From: a virus
Taxonomy: Duplodnaviria > Caudoviricetes
DNA: 64,000 bases
Direction: 5' to 3' (one strand)
IMG/VR virus record: IMGVR_UViG_3300033074_001674
Location: 101,894-165,893 of that record
Part shown: piece after piece, positions 32,457-43,600 of the stretch
How the letters are laid out: every line of letters begins with the position of its first letter
Position numbering within the stretch: the first letter of the stretch is position 1
Translations under genes and position numbers: made by a program
The notes under the pieces: model-generated
The model's input: only the letters and a program-made list of their open reading frames with translations
What the model was told of the DNA's origin: nothing
Databases searched by the model: none

Positions 32457-34663
32457 TATTCGCTCCACTTGTTTACATAATAACTTATTGCATGTGCTTT
32501 TCTGGATTTGATAGTGGCCAAACTCATACACTCTTCTATGCTTCTGATATCATCAGAATCCAGCTCAATAGTGGCTAGTGCAGATTCAATTATTTCGTTA
32601 GATATTTGAGAATCAGGACCAATTGAAACAAACGTAGAGAACGTTAGTCTCTCAATGTCTGCTCTATCAGATGCACTTAAATATTTTTTACTTTTAACGC
32701 CACGAACACCGACTAATCCATCTACAATATATGAATTGACAGATTCATAAATTGACGCAGCCCTAGAACTTAAGAAACCCATACCTTTTGGCTTGACGCT
32801 TCTTTGTTTTTCTTGAGGTCCAGTTGAGCCTGGCGGGCGTCCATTTGGCTTTGTGACCTGCTTCTTTTGGCTTAATGGGCCACCAAAAGGTGCTGGCTTT
32901 GGCTTTTGTTTATTTAGCTCTTTCTTGTGCTCAAAATCCAGCTCCATTGTCTCTTCTGTGTCCATCATATTCATTGGGTCCTTATATGGACCAAACTTCA
33001 TCATAATTCCTTCATCCTCAGCCAGCTTGCGCTCTTGCTTCATTCGTTCAATCTCAATATCTGTCTCAATATCAAATAGCTCGTGGACACGCTCGGCGCT
33101 AATTATGTTTCTATCCATTAGCTGGATAACCAACTTCTTCTCAGCCTCCTCATCGCGTAGAGACATATGTCCAAATTTAACGGATGGGATATCTCGATGG
33201 CCCATAACTGCTGCAATAAGTCGCAGTTCTTTTTCAATCCACTTAAGCACTTCATTTCTGCCTTCTTCAAGTCTCTCCATCAAAGTCCTAACTTGTAAGA
33301 AGGCATTAGAGAAATTCCCTCCCTCAGCGCCATCGACCAATATAGACGGAACACCAAGGCCTGCCAATATATCCCTATCGACACTCCTGTACTTATCTAT
33401 AGATAGGAGTTTTTCAATCGGAGGATAATTAGATTCCATCTTAATCGCATCATTCCAAACCAAATTATGCGAATATGTTGGAGTTCTTAACATTTCGCTA
33501 AGTTTAGCAAAGTGTTGAGGTGGAGGGGTATATCCGGCTTTAATGTCTCCAAGCTTGAAAATTGTTATTGCATTAATAACACTATTTGCTACACTCATAT
33601 CCATTGCACGAAGCTGATTCTTATACATAATATCGTTCATGACTGGCCAAATCATTGGGTCGGCCCAATCTTCATGGTCATCCTTCATATAATGAAGGGT
33701 ATACAGTCTTTCTTGAGGAATAGGGACTACTCCATCGCCTTCAGCCATCTTCTTGAAGTCTACAGGAAGGTTCATTTCTGTATCATCTAAAAAGTCAATA
33801 GACCTATTTTTGAGTTGCTTAATATTATTCTTTGTATCCTCATCTAGGACAAATACCCATTCCTTGCCGCCAAAAAATTGAGTTCCCCTTACATCCATTT
33901 GGAGAGGATTAAGCATTGTGTAGCGCCATGGTATTTGGCGCTTACCATTTGGCTTCTTAAGTTGGTCCTGAATGAATTTTTCAAGTAGAGGGGTGTTTGG
34001 GTCATTAGAGTCTTTTATATCTGCTTCTTTGGCAGCCTTGGCTGTCTTCATTTTTCTGTATGCGGTTTCGTCTACAGTGCCCATAGTTCTATAAATAAAT
34101 ACATTGGCCGTCTTATAGTATTGTCTAAGAGCATCTTTAGTTCTGCCCTGTAAATCAACCATCTCGGCCCAGCGCCTATAAAATTTCTGTATATTAGGTC
34201 TTGGATGAATTATAGTTAATCCTTCCGACGCAAAATTGCACATTAGGTCTATTACGTTTTTAACAACACCAAACCCCTTGTATGCCTCAACACATAGAGC
34301 TATTTTAGTATGAGCTAACCGCGTGTGTTTGCTATAATTTGCGCCTGAACCAGAATAGCTAAAAATTGATGGTGTTACTCCGAATGAGCCACCTAGCATT
34401 GGATGTACTCCTATGCCAAATGGTTGTAGACTGAAATTTAATGAGCTTCTATTGATTGAGCCGTAAAAGTCGCCACCAGCCATGTTAAAGGCTAAATTCC
34501 CGCCGCGCAGCCCCCATCCGCCAGAGCTATCTCCTGTATATGTAAATCCGCGCTTCTGAATAAAATCGTTATTACCAACAGTCTTTAAATTGTCGTTGGC
34601 CTTAATAATACCTTCAAATGACTTACTAAGCGATTCGGCAACACTTTTATTTTTTGGTTCCAT
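32456..34663 (-). CDS. Portal protein
   Basis: 735 aa directly after terminase; VKNVIDLM, ILAGLGVP, NGRP motifs. Confidence 0.8.
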   Translation of the reverse strand: MEPKNKSVAESLSKSFEGIIKANDNLKTVGNNDFIQKRGFTYTGDSSGGWGLRGGNLAFNMAGGDFYGSINRSSLNFSLQPFGIGVHPMLGGSFGVTPSIFSYSGSGANYSKHTRLAHTKIALCVEAYKGFGVVKNVIDLMCNFASEGLTIIHPRPNIQKFYRRWAEMVDLQGRTKDALRQYYKTANVFIYRTMGTVDETAYRKMKTAKAAKEADIKDSNDPNTPLLEKFIQDQLKKPNGKRQIPWRYTMLNPLQMDVRGTQFFGGKEWVFVLDEDTKNNIKQLKNRSIDFLDDTEMNLPVDFKKMAEGDGVVPIPQERLYTLHYMKDDHEDWADPMIWPVMNDIMYKNQLRAMDMSVANSVINAITIFKLGDIKAGYTPPPQHFAKLSEMLRTPTYSHNLVWNDAIKMESNYPPIEKLLSIDKYRSVDRDILAGLGVPSILVDGAEGGNFSNAFLQVRTLMERLEEGRNEVLKWIEKELRLIAAVMGHRDIPSVKFGHMSLRDEEAEKKLVIQLMDRNIISAERVHELFDIETDIEIERMKQERKLAEDEGIMMKFGPYKDPMNMMDTEETMELDFEHKKELNKQKPKPAPFGGPLSQKKQVTKPNGRPPGSTGPQEKQRSVKPKGMGFLSSRAASIYESVNSYIVDGLVGVRGVKSKKYLSASDRADIERLTFSTFVSIGPDSQISNEIIESALATIELDSDDIRSIEECMSLATIKSRKAHAISYYVNKWSE

Positions 34664-34701
34664 TGCAATCCTATCCGATTATACTGCAATGTAATCATAC
34701 A

Positions 34702-36540
34702 CTAGAGATTCTCTAGCCAGTCGCCAGGAAACACGTTTACGTCATTGAATGTTTTCTGTTGAGCGTAAGTCCTGGCAGCATAAGATGCAAGTAATAGCGC
34801 AGAATATCTATCTTTTCTTTGAGTATTCTGAACGCCAGGGATATTGGTTTCTGGCAGGTCAAAATGCTGAACTCCGGTCTTAGTAGGCGTAACGACAATC
34901 ATACATGTCTCATTAAGCTGTTCGTTTATATTATCCCAAACATCATCAATTTCCTTAAGCTCATCAATATCTAAAGACTTATCTATGCTGCGCAATGGGA
35001 ACAATAATCTTTGATGTTCAATATCTGCTGCCATACCATAGTTAGCCTCAGCTATCCAGGAAGATGTAAAATTAACAACATCTAGAATGTGTGCTCCATG
35101 CAGCATAAGGTGTTCTTTTTCATTATAGCGCCATATTGGCATATCATTAGGCTGTGCATTTTCGGCAGATTGCAAAAGGTCTTCGACAGACAAACCTCCA
35201 CCTCCAGCATCTAGCGCAATTCTAACAATATTGAATTTGCGGAGCAAATCTCTAATCTTTCTAACGCATATTATGAAAGACTTATTGTTGAGGGACCAAG
35301 AGTAAACATTTTTGAACCGCCCATCTGGCAATAGCTTTAAAATACATATAGCGAAGTTGTCACTCTTCCTAGCCGGGTCAATTCCCATGACATATTCAAA
35401 GCCAGCCTCTCCTTTTAATTCAATAGAAAATTGAGGAATGTCCTTGCACGTCTCTGACCCAGGAGTCGCTGCGTCTATAGCAGACCTCTTAAAGAATCCA
35501 TCTGAATCAGTAGGAAACTGACATTCGTATTCCATCTGAAATTGCGCCTTTGGCATTGATGCCTTGGCTTGAGCAATTTGCTTATCATCCATAAAACCTT
35601 TTGGTAATGCCATATATGGGAGCTGGATTAAACCATAGTCTCTCCAGTCAATATTATTGGTTTCCTCAGATTGTCCGTTAATCCCCATCTCTTTATTTAA
35701 TATAGATGAGTCTCCAGAAAATCTCCTGTCTAAGATATTCCGGTATAATTGATATGATTTGAAGAAGTGGTTGAATTGATATGTCGCTGTTCCACTAACG
35801 ATAATTTTGTTGCCCTTACGACGGCGTAAATTGTTTGGGTCCAGCTTGCCTTGTTTAACTAGCATATCCTCATTATGAATAACTTCCGCATTCCTAATAG
35901 GGTCAGAAGAGACGGATGCGAAGCCTCTAACCACAACGTTTAAAACCTCTTCTGGAACTGAAGCAAATTCGTCTACAAGAATATCTGTGGCGCGAATACC
36001 TCTGATTCGCTCGCCGTCTCCAAGAGGTAGCGCAATTATTGTAGACATCCCATTATTGACGGCCATGTAGTACATATCATTGTTTGGAGATACTTTTGTA
36101 ATACATTCCTGAGCTATAGGAGAATAATCGTAAATCTGTCTGGCATATTCCCAAACTAACTTGCTTTGTCTGAACGATGCCGCAACAATTACAACTTTGG
36201 TTCCTGGCACCATAATAGCTCGCAAGATTGCATAAAGTCCTAAAAGCCAGCTTTTTCCGGCTCCACGGCTCATTAGGACCATCGGGAATGTCTTTTCCCA
36301 CATCATTTGTAGCGCTACTGCCTGGAATGGTGCAAGTTTTAATGGCTCGCCTTTCCATTTGAATAAATTATAGCAGGCAAATGACAAGTTGTTATCGAAC
36401 ACATCTATGAGTAAATTTTCTATAGAATCTATCTTGCCAAATCTGGTTAGGAATGGATTATTGATTTCGCCTAATTTAATTGTGTCTAGCTCGTATTTAA
36501 TCGGCAGACGCTGGCCCGTCAGTATCCTTTGGTCTCCCAT
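34702..36540 (-). CDS. terL: Terminase large subunit
   Basis: LAPFQ, SRGAGKS (Walker A), ILVDEF (Walker B), GIDPA and KDRYSA nuclease motifs. Confidence 0.92.
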   Translation of the reverse strand: MGDQRILTGQRLPIKYELDTIKLGEINNPFLTRFGKIDSIENLLIDVFDNNLSFACYNLFKWKGEPLKLAPFQAVALQMMWEKTFPMVLMSRGAGKSWLLGLYAILRAIMVPGTKVVIVAASFRQSKLVWEYARQIYDYSPIAQECITKVSPNNDMYYMAVNNGMSTIIALPLGDGERIRGIRATDILVDEFASVPEEVLNVVVRGFASVSSDPIRNAEVIHNEDMLVKQGKLDPNNLRRRKGNKIIVSGTATYQFNHFFKSYQLYRNILDRRFSGDSSILNKEMGINGQSEETNNIDWRDYGLIQLPYMALPKGFMDDKQIAQAKASMPKAQFQMEYECQFPTDSDGFFKRSAIDAATPGSETCKDIPQFSIELKGEAGFEYVMGIDPARKSDNFAICILKLLPDGRFKNVYSWSLNNKSFIICVRKIRDLLRKFNIVRIALDAGGGGLSVEDLLQSAENAQPNDMPIWRYNEKEHLMLHGAHILDVVNFTSSWIAEANYGMAADIEHQRLLFPLRSIDKSLDIDELKEIDDVWDNINEQLNETCMIVVTPTKTGVQHFDLPETNIPGVQNTQRKDRYSALLLASYAARTYAQQKTFNDVNVFPGDWLENL

Positions 36541-37033
36541 TTCTCAGCCTTTGTATATGTTTTTTATAAAGCTTTTCAAGTAATTTTCGCACATACCATT
36601 GACACAGGTCTTTTCGTTTATCTGCGAACACGACACGTATGCCATAGTCAAATTCCAGACTAGCAAGCGATGATAAGATAAATTCTGGACTAACCTTGCT
36701 AAAGTAACATCCAGAATAAACATCTTTAAGGGAACCTTCTATTATTATATAGCGAGAAGGTATATGGACAGCGCGTTGCATTTCACGATGGAATCTATCT
36801 TTTCCAGTAGTCAATGTCCCCCAAAGGTCACTAATTGATTTGCGCTCTATTGTAATTAGATGCTCCATGCCCTCTATGGAATAATCCCCGGTATCGAGTT
36901 TTCTAATTACTGTACCGTTGCATTTGGCTGTAGCATTAAATCTCCAGCCAGAACCTTCTTTTTCGCGACTATCTCTTATTATTGTGTACTTAGGAAGGTC
37001 ATCTTCCTTTTTCTTAAACACCCGTCTCGCCAA
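36497..37033 (-). CDS. ERCC4-domain nuclease
   Basis: IIRDSRE, LDTGDYSI, IERKS motifs. Confidence 0.85.
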   Translation of the reverse strand: MARRVFKKKEDDLPKYTIIRDSREKEGSGWRFNATAKCNGTVIRKLDTGDYSIEGMEHLITIERKSISDLWGTLTTGKDRFHREMQRAVHIPSRYIIIEGSLKDVYSGCYFSKVSPEFILSSLASLEFDYGIRVVFADKRKDLCQWYVRKLLEKLYKKHIQRLRNGRPKDTDGPASAD

Positions 37034-37778
37034 GTAAGTACCTGCTCGCCTTCATATCTTCTTGACATTTGTTCTTATAGATATCCATAAGAGCCGCCTG
37101 ATTGCCAAGTTCTTCTCTGGTTGCCCTATTCCTATAGGCCTGCACAAGCGTTGCAAATGTTTCCTTTTGTTCCTTGTCCTCTTTTAGTCTACCCTCTCTT
37201 GTAACTCTTAGCGTTTTTTGATACGAGAGAAACTTTTCTTCAAACTCCTTAAGGTAACCATATAGTCCGTAATTAATCATTTTGCCAGATTGTTCGTGGT
37301 CGTTTTCCATTTCTTTTATTTTAATTCTTATGCGAGATATATAAATATCATTCATAATCATATGATGTAGCGCATCTTCCTCTTGTAGAGTAATCGTATC
37401 TACGCCCATCATAAATTCAATATACTTATGCTTATAATACTCAAGCTCATCCTTATGCAACTCTTTTATTAGCATAGGATAACGCTGATTCTTATCGAAC
37501 GTCTGTTTATAAATTTCTATGCGCTGCTCTTTAGTTAGGCCGGCGAATGATGTCGGCGAAACTCCTTCAGAAACAGCCTTAAATGTTTCTTCTTTTACCT
37601 TTTTTTGAGAAGGTCTTCCGTTATCTTTTTTCCAGCCATGTATAGCGCGCTGACGAGAAATAGACAGCTCTGTCCTATTTAGGATTTTAGCTATCTCTTT
37701 GTCTGTTCTAAATTTATAATTTTGCTCTATGAATTTTAGTTCATCTTCGTCAAAACGACGCTTACTTTCACCGCTCAT
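37014..37778 (-). CDS. Putative terminase small subunit
   Basis: N-terminal HTH plus helical body, two genes upstream of TerL. Confidence 0.45.
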   Translation of the reverse strand: MSGESKRRFDEDELKFIEQNYKFRTDKEIAKILNRTELSISRQRAIHGWKKDNGRPSQKKVKEETFKAVSEGVSPTSFAGLTKEQRIEIYKQTFDKNQRYPMLIKELHKDELEYYKHKYIEFMMGVDTITLQEEDALHHMIMNDIYISRIRIKIKEMENDHEQSGKMINYGLYGYLKEFEEKFLSYQKTLRVTREGRLKEDKEQKETFATLVQAYRNRATREELGNQAALMDIYKNKCQEDMKASRYLLGETGV

Positions 37779-38020
37779 GCTACATAATCACAAGAGGAGC
37801 ACTTCTCCCCTTCCTTCATTTTAGAATGGTCCATACCACATTGAGCCACTGTCATAAATGCAGCCATGGTTTCCTCGGCCTTAGCTCTGCCATATTGACT
37901 ATTGCATATGGCAACGCGCTGCGCCGCGTCTTTTCCTTCACCTTTAGAGGTTAAGTTAGATACACAGCGTGAAACAAACTTCTGACGCGTTTCTCCTTTA
38001 TTTGGTTTAGGCATTGGCAT
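37775..38020 (-). CDS. Small phage protein (MP.P..GE....FVSRC...QRVAIC family)
   Basis: AGGAG RBS before ATG 38020; motif common in phage head modules. Confidence 0.6.
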   Translation of the reverse strand: MPMPKPNKGETRQKFVSRCVSNLTSKGEGKDAAQRVAICNSQYGRAKAEETMAAFMTVAQCGMDHSKMKEGEKCSSCDYVA

Positions 38021-38462
38021 TACAGCAACTCCTATCGCACTCTTGGGTATGGTCATAAATAGTAAAAGGGACACCTGGGTCATCAACTATCTCGGTATAA
38101 GATGACCTATCTTCGCTAACATAATGAAGTAATGCCTTGCCAGACTTTTCTACATGCCCTATACAATACTGCAATTGGCTGTGCGAGCCCATAGATATAA
38201 ACTTCTTCTTCTGAATATATCCTATAGACTTTGCGGGCAAAGGCACTTCTAAATTATCAACTTGCAGTCGTAATCTTGTAATTGCTAAACAATTAGCTCT
38301 TACATATGCTCCAAGTCTGTCCCATGCAGACCTTTCGCCTGGCTTGTGGTCCTCAAAAACAGTTTCCCCGTTAGATAGAGAAGCTATCCATCTAACAGGT
38401 TTAACATATGAGTTGGCCGTTTTTGCCAAATATATATTTGACTCGTTTTGCTGTTGCAACAT
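38007..38462 (-). CDS. Hypothetical protein
   Basis: WIASLSNGETV motif; GTGTAATTA upstream. Confidence 0.65.
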   Translation of the reverse strand: MLQQQNESNIYLAKTANSYVKPVRWIASLSNGETVFEDHKPGERSAWDRLGAYVRANCLAITRLRLQVDNLEVPLPAKSIGYIQKKKFISMGSHSQLQYCIGHVEKSGKALLHYVSEDRSSYTEIVDDPGVPFTIYDHTQECDRSCCNANA

Positions 38463-38531
38463 ATATAACCCCGTTAATTACACTAGCGTTAAAAGCACTA
38501 GTTTTCCACTTGCACATTTGGGCGCAAGTCC

Positions 38532-39125
38532 TTATATGAATTCGCTCTCAAAATAGTATGCCAGATTAGTCTTTTGACCTATGCTGGTAGGGCTTACGGT
38601 TATGCCGATATAGAAATCATGAACGCCTGTAGCAAACATCTGATTATCTAGAGATAATGTAGAACCGCTACCATATATCTGCAACCAGTGAGAATCTCCG
38701 CTGCCTCGGACTCCCGCGCTTGGCTTATTAATCTCTGCCGCATAAACAGTCACACCGCTCGGGTTGTTATTTATGTTTGAGCGGTCGAAGGCTCTAAAGG
38801 ATGCATTTTGTGTTTGAACATTTGTATCTGTAGAAAGGCGAATTCTAAGTGTCGCCTCTGAGTTATCTACTTCTAGTAGTTCAGTTCCAACAGTCTCAGA
38901 TGCCACATACGCACCGGACACATTAGCATAGCGGAGGTTGGGGACCTGGCCATGGTTGGTTGTTCCGTTATCATTTGTTACATATGATGTGTTGTTGAAT
39001 TCTCCAACCCGTATAGAGAAGCCAAACCCAGCTCCGAATGAGCCAAGCGTATCGTTATCTCCAGAGTTGGCGGGTAGAATTGCATTAGCCCCGTCTCCAC
39101 CTGCCCAAGTTATCGAAGTCGCCAT
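38532..39125 (-). CDS. Putative virion structural protein
   Basis: Gly/Ser/Thr/Asn-rich beta-type composition. Confidence 0.5.
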   Translation of the reverse strand: MATSITWAGGDGANAILPANSGDNDTLGSFGAGFGFSIRVGEFNNTSYVTNDNGTTNHGQVPNLRYANVSGAYVASETVGTELLEVDNSEATLRIRLSTDTNVQTQNASFRAFDRSNINNNPSGVTVYAAEINKPSAGVRGSGDSHWLQIYGSGSTLSLDNQMFATGVHDFYIGITVSPTSIGQKTNLAYYFESEFI

Positions 39126-39206
39126 GTATATCTCTCTTCAACGGGCTTTGCCCTATGAAATTGTGTTTCCAAATGCAGGCTATACCAATATAGGCAACGC
39201 ATGCAT

Positions 39207-39812
39207 TTATTGCTGGTCGTCCAGCATCTCCATAACAAAGTTTCTAATACGCTCTTTGACTTCCTTAGAAATTCCCTTTTCATTCCCACTAATCATTCGG
39301 AGAAGCGGCTCGCGCAGCTCCTCCTCAATATTATTCACTAGGAAATTGCAGAAATCCTTAGCATCTATCTCGTTAATAAAATTAAACTTGCAGGTCTTTT
39401 CTCCAGTTTGCTCTATTGAAATTGGATGTTTGACCTTTTTGCGGCGTTTGACGTTTTCCTTGAACTTTTCGTATTTTACCGCCATATCACTGTTAGGGTC
39501 AGATATTGCTTGGTTAATTTGCTCTTTTGTGAAATGTGGCGTAAACCGAATATACTTGTCGCGCTTCAAGTTTTGAAGTCGATAATCAACACAGCGGCCA
39601 AAATAATTTATAGCCTTACTATCTATAACTCTATCCTCGTCAAAATGCTCTAAAGCATTGAGGCATATAATTCTAATTTCTTGAGCTATATCATCTATTT
39701 CCCAGCAGTCAAATACTGCGTTATTGCTTTTTATTCTTACTAGCTGCTCTACTATTGCCTCAATGTCTTCATAACTAATCTTTCGATTCTTTTTCTTTTC
39801 CATTAAGCTCAT
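39207..39812 (-). CDS. Phage sigma-70-like factor (putative late sigma)
   Basis: DDIAQEIRIICLNALEHFD...NYFGRCV..RL.NLKRD region-2-like motif. Confidence 0.7.
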   Translation of the reverse strand: MSLMEKKKNRKISYEDIEAIVEQLVRIKSNNAVFDCWEIDDIAQEIRIICLNALEHFDEDRVIDSKAINYFGRCVDYRLQNLKRDKYIRFTPHFTKEQINQAISDPNSDMAVKYEKFKENVKRRKKVKHPISIEQTGEKTCKFNFINEIDAKDFCNFLVNNIEEELREPLLRMISGNEKGISKEVKERIRNFVMEMLDDQQ

Positions 39813-39898
39813 TCAACTCCCCTATTGTATTCCTTTGTATCGCCTCATCCTGATTTAAAGAAGCGTCGGCTTGAAGTAATTCATCTGCAAACACCTGT

Positions 39899-40093
39899 TT
39901 AGCGATAAGTTTGATTGGCTCTTGAACTTTTACTACGTTGTCTTTCAATTTCTTCCTCCGCAATTTTATTTGCTTCTTCTTGAGATATTTCGTGGAGGTT
40001 ACATTTGCCCCTAATACACACGGGGTTTTTTGGCTGTTTGAAATCTCCACACATGATAAATACACTATCACAATTTTTACAATGTACAAACAT
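39899..40093 (-). CDS. Small Cys-containing protein
   Basis: TAATG-coupled; CKNC...C...C. Confidence 0.5.
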   Translation of the reverse strand: MFVHCKNCDSVFIMCGDFKQPKNPVCIRGKCNLHEISQEEANKIAEEEIERQRSKSSRANQTYR

Positions 40094-40647
40094 TATATAC
40101 TGATAACCTCCCACCTAACTCTGCCAGCCTGAACGGCGTCCCTTATAATGCGCTCCCTCGTTGTAAGCTTGGCATGTTCTCCTGTTTTAACCTCTAAGAA
40201 TATTACTTCCTTGACCTCCCCGGCGTCAAGCCCATCAAACACAATATAATCTATTGGCGTTCCTATAAATCTGCACTCCTTACCATTATACTTAAACTTC
40301 TCCATCAATGGTAGGAGATGCTCGCTTACTTTACCCTTTACGACATTTGTGGACCGCTTTAACGCATCTTCTCGTATTTTTTTCTCTTCTCTAGACTTCC
40401 AGCTATCAAATCTTATGGCGGCCAAAGCGTCAGCCTTTGTGGCCATATTGTTGTGAACATCAGCTATCTGAGAATTCAACGATTGAACCTGCTTTACGAA
40501 CGAATCCCGTTCTTTTTGGAGCTTAGCCACAATATCATTGTGCTTTGAGACACTTAAGTACGATGTGGCCTTTTCCTTGTACATGTGGACATTAAGCCAG
40601 CATGAGAGCGCAAGTGCCGCGCTCATAAGTAATAATACTAACCACAT
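40093..40647 (-). CDS. Membrane-anchored Holliday-junction-resolvase-like endonuclease (Endonuc_Holl type)
   Basis: N-terminal TM, coiled coil, GKVSEHL.P, RFIGTPIDYIVFDG, FLEVKTG. Confidence 0.8.
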   Translation of the reverse strand: MWLVLLLMSAALALSCWLNVHMYKEKATSYLSVSKHNDIVAKLQKERDSFVKQVQSLNSQIADVHNNMATKADALAAIRFDSWKSREEKKIREDALKRSTNVVKGKVSEHLLPLMEKFKYNGKECRFIGTPIDYIVFDGLDAGEVKEVIFLEVKTGEHAKLTTRERIIRDAVQAGRVRWEVISI

Positions 40648-43600
40648 TTGCTATGTCCGCAATCAACGCATGTCATACAACCTTCTTTCCATGCCAAGTT
40701 AGACGAATTACAAGTAGGGCATGTTGCCGAGGACCTAATCTTCCCCTCCCTTATATATTTTTTAAGGGCCCTTGATAAAACCCTATTTAAATCAACAGAT
40801 GTTCCATCCTTGTTTAATTGTTCGACCAAAAAATCAATCGGAACACCATGTCTCAAAGATGTTGAAATCAAACGAGTTGCCCAGCCAAATTCTGGAGGAG
40901 CAATGTTTTTAATTGTGCCACCTTCTGTAACCAAAGAGTATTTTCCTCGCGCACTCTTTACTAGTATGCCACTGGAAATATTATGTTTTATGCTCCCATC
41001 ATCTAGGATGGCAAACATTTCGTAGGGCTCATTATCCAGTAGACCGACAGCGGCAAGCCACTTCTTTCCTTTATAGGAAAGCCAGTGTAATTCACAGGGA
41101 AGTTCCTTGGGGCGCTTTGGAGCTTCTTGCCGCTTTACCTTTGTTGGTCTGTTTGAAGAATCTGTTACAAGGACGCCGCTTCTTGAACCATCAACATAAA
41201 CAGTGACCCCCTTCAAGCCATTCTTCCACGCATCCATATAAATGCCACCGACAACATCTGGAGATGTTCCCTTGGGCAGGTTAATAGTGCTGCTAATCGC
41301 GTGGTCAATATACTTCTGTATGACTCCCTGTAACTTTACTCTATAGCGCCAATCTATTTCATCAGAGGACACAAAGTAGTCGGGGATGGCATCTGACCCG
41401 CTGTTCAACCCAAACTCCTCTTCCCAATTAATCAGGTTAGAGTGCTTCACATCAAATTCCATCCAGGCATCACCTAGTTCATCTATAAAATCAGTGCGGA
41501 AGTTTAAATCTCCTGGGTTACCCTTGCGACGTCGCTTATATTTTACGCGCCAGACAGGCTCAATGCCACTGCTTGTGTTATGGCGCTTATATTTGCCTAC
41601 CTTACTCATCATCGATACTGTGCCTGTTGGCGCGTTTGTTAATAGGGCTATATTTCTCCTGCCATACTTGGACATATCTTCTTTAATATGGTCTGGCAGT
41701 TCCTTAATAAACTCATTGTCCTTTTCTGCCTCCCAATCAAATCCAACAAACGGTCCACGCTCTTTGGCCAGATTAACGCTCTCAGCGTATGCTTTATCAC
41801 GCAGCACCATGTATACTAAATCGCAGAACCTCAGAGCTTCGTCGCTATCATAGCGCAATTTAAGCATTGCTAGGGTATCTGCTAAAGCATGCGTTCCAAG
41901 CCCGACTCTTCTGCCTTTTCTGCCAGTATCCTGTAGCTTTTTCCATAAAGACTTCTCCGCATCATCCTCGCATCTTTCAAGTATTTTGTCAATTAGTTCT
42001 ATCTCAATATCCACAAGATTATCAGACATACGAACAGCAGTCGCTATATCTTCACGGAAAAGGCCCAAATCAAAATATGGTCCCTGCCCAAATGGATGGC
42101 GGACATAGCCAGTTAAATTGAGACTAATAAGACGACAGCTATCATTAGGACAAAGCGGGATTTCAGAATTGCCAGAAATTATACCGTTAGCAGTGAATTT
42201 ATGGTATCCCTCTACTTCTATACATCCCACTTCTTGTTGCTCATCAAGTCTATCTATAGAGACAATTTTTGTATATCCTTTAGATAACTCAATTCCAGTT
42301 GAACTTTCTAAGGCATTTTTAAGCTTCAAATGCTTAACATTAGAAATAAAACCAATGTTTTCATAGAACTTCTTAAGATTGGAGATTCCACTAATAGTTA
42401 TTCTGTAACAATCTTTCGTTTTATACGACAATCCATCAAATGTAGAATTTCCTGCGCTTCTCATTAGTCCCAAAGAACTTTTAATGCCGAATAAAGTAAG
42501 CAAATTTTTAACCTGTAGTAAGCGCTCTCTATCTATAGATGATAGAGATATACTCCATCTGCTCTGCTTTGGAGCATAAGCAACAGAGCCGTCAGCGGAA
42601 AAATAAGCACTCAAGTAGCCAGAAACAAAATCTCTAGATGCAGAATATAAAAATGGATTATGTCCAACCTTGAATTTCCACACATTAAAATTATACTTCT
42701 CCATTAAATCTTTAACAATAGGAGATGACATAAGTCTAAGTACCATGTTATTCTTTATTTGATTTTTAACAAGAGATATATCATAGCCCAAATTGTTCAT
42801 AATCTTGTGCAATTTCTCAGCCACATCATATTCTTTTTCCCAAAATGACAAATACATTGTTGGAATTGATTCATCTGAGTTCCTAAATGATAGACAACCG
42901 TCTCCGGTTAGCCATCCCAATATAAGTCCTTCGCTCATTGAGCCATTGCTCGGCCAATTAATATCTGGCGCTTCTACGCTTACAGATATTTTATCACCGA
43001 CTCTTAAATCTTTAGTTTCAATTAGACATCTTCTATCATAAACAAGCTTTGTGCCCTGTCTAGAGTAGGATATTTTTTCAAATTTGTGATTGTCTGTTAC
43101 ATCAAAACTTTCTCCGTTTGAAAACGAAATTCTAAATACATCATGTTTTCCGGCATTAAAAAAACCACTAGTTTTGGCCCAACATTGGTCGGAATCTATC
43201 CAAATCTCATCGGATGATGAAATTGATTTAATTTCCTTAAGCCCATCTCTTGTTAAGACCATTACGGTATTTTTGGTGCTAAAACAGCAAGGATTTGTTG
43301 AGACAGCATGAAATGCGGGATATGCAAAGGTTGGCGTGTACTTTAATAGCTTATCCCAAAAAACTATTCCAGGCTCAGCCATAGCAGTGGCGCATTCTAT
43401 TATTGTATTCCAAACTTGTTTAGCTGGAACCATCCGACTGAACTTTACATCCCCTTGAAGGGGCCATCTTTGCTCGTATAATGTGTCGTTTTCTACAGCA
43501 ATCATGAATGCATCAGATATTCTTATAGATACATTTGCTCCAGTGACCTTAGTAAGATTCTTTTTCATTGTAGCAAATTTTTCAACATCAGGATGATGAA

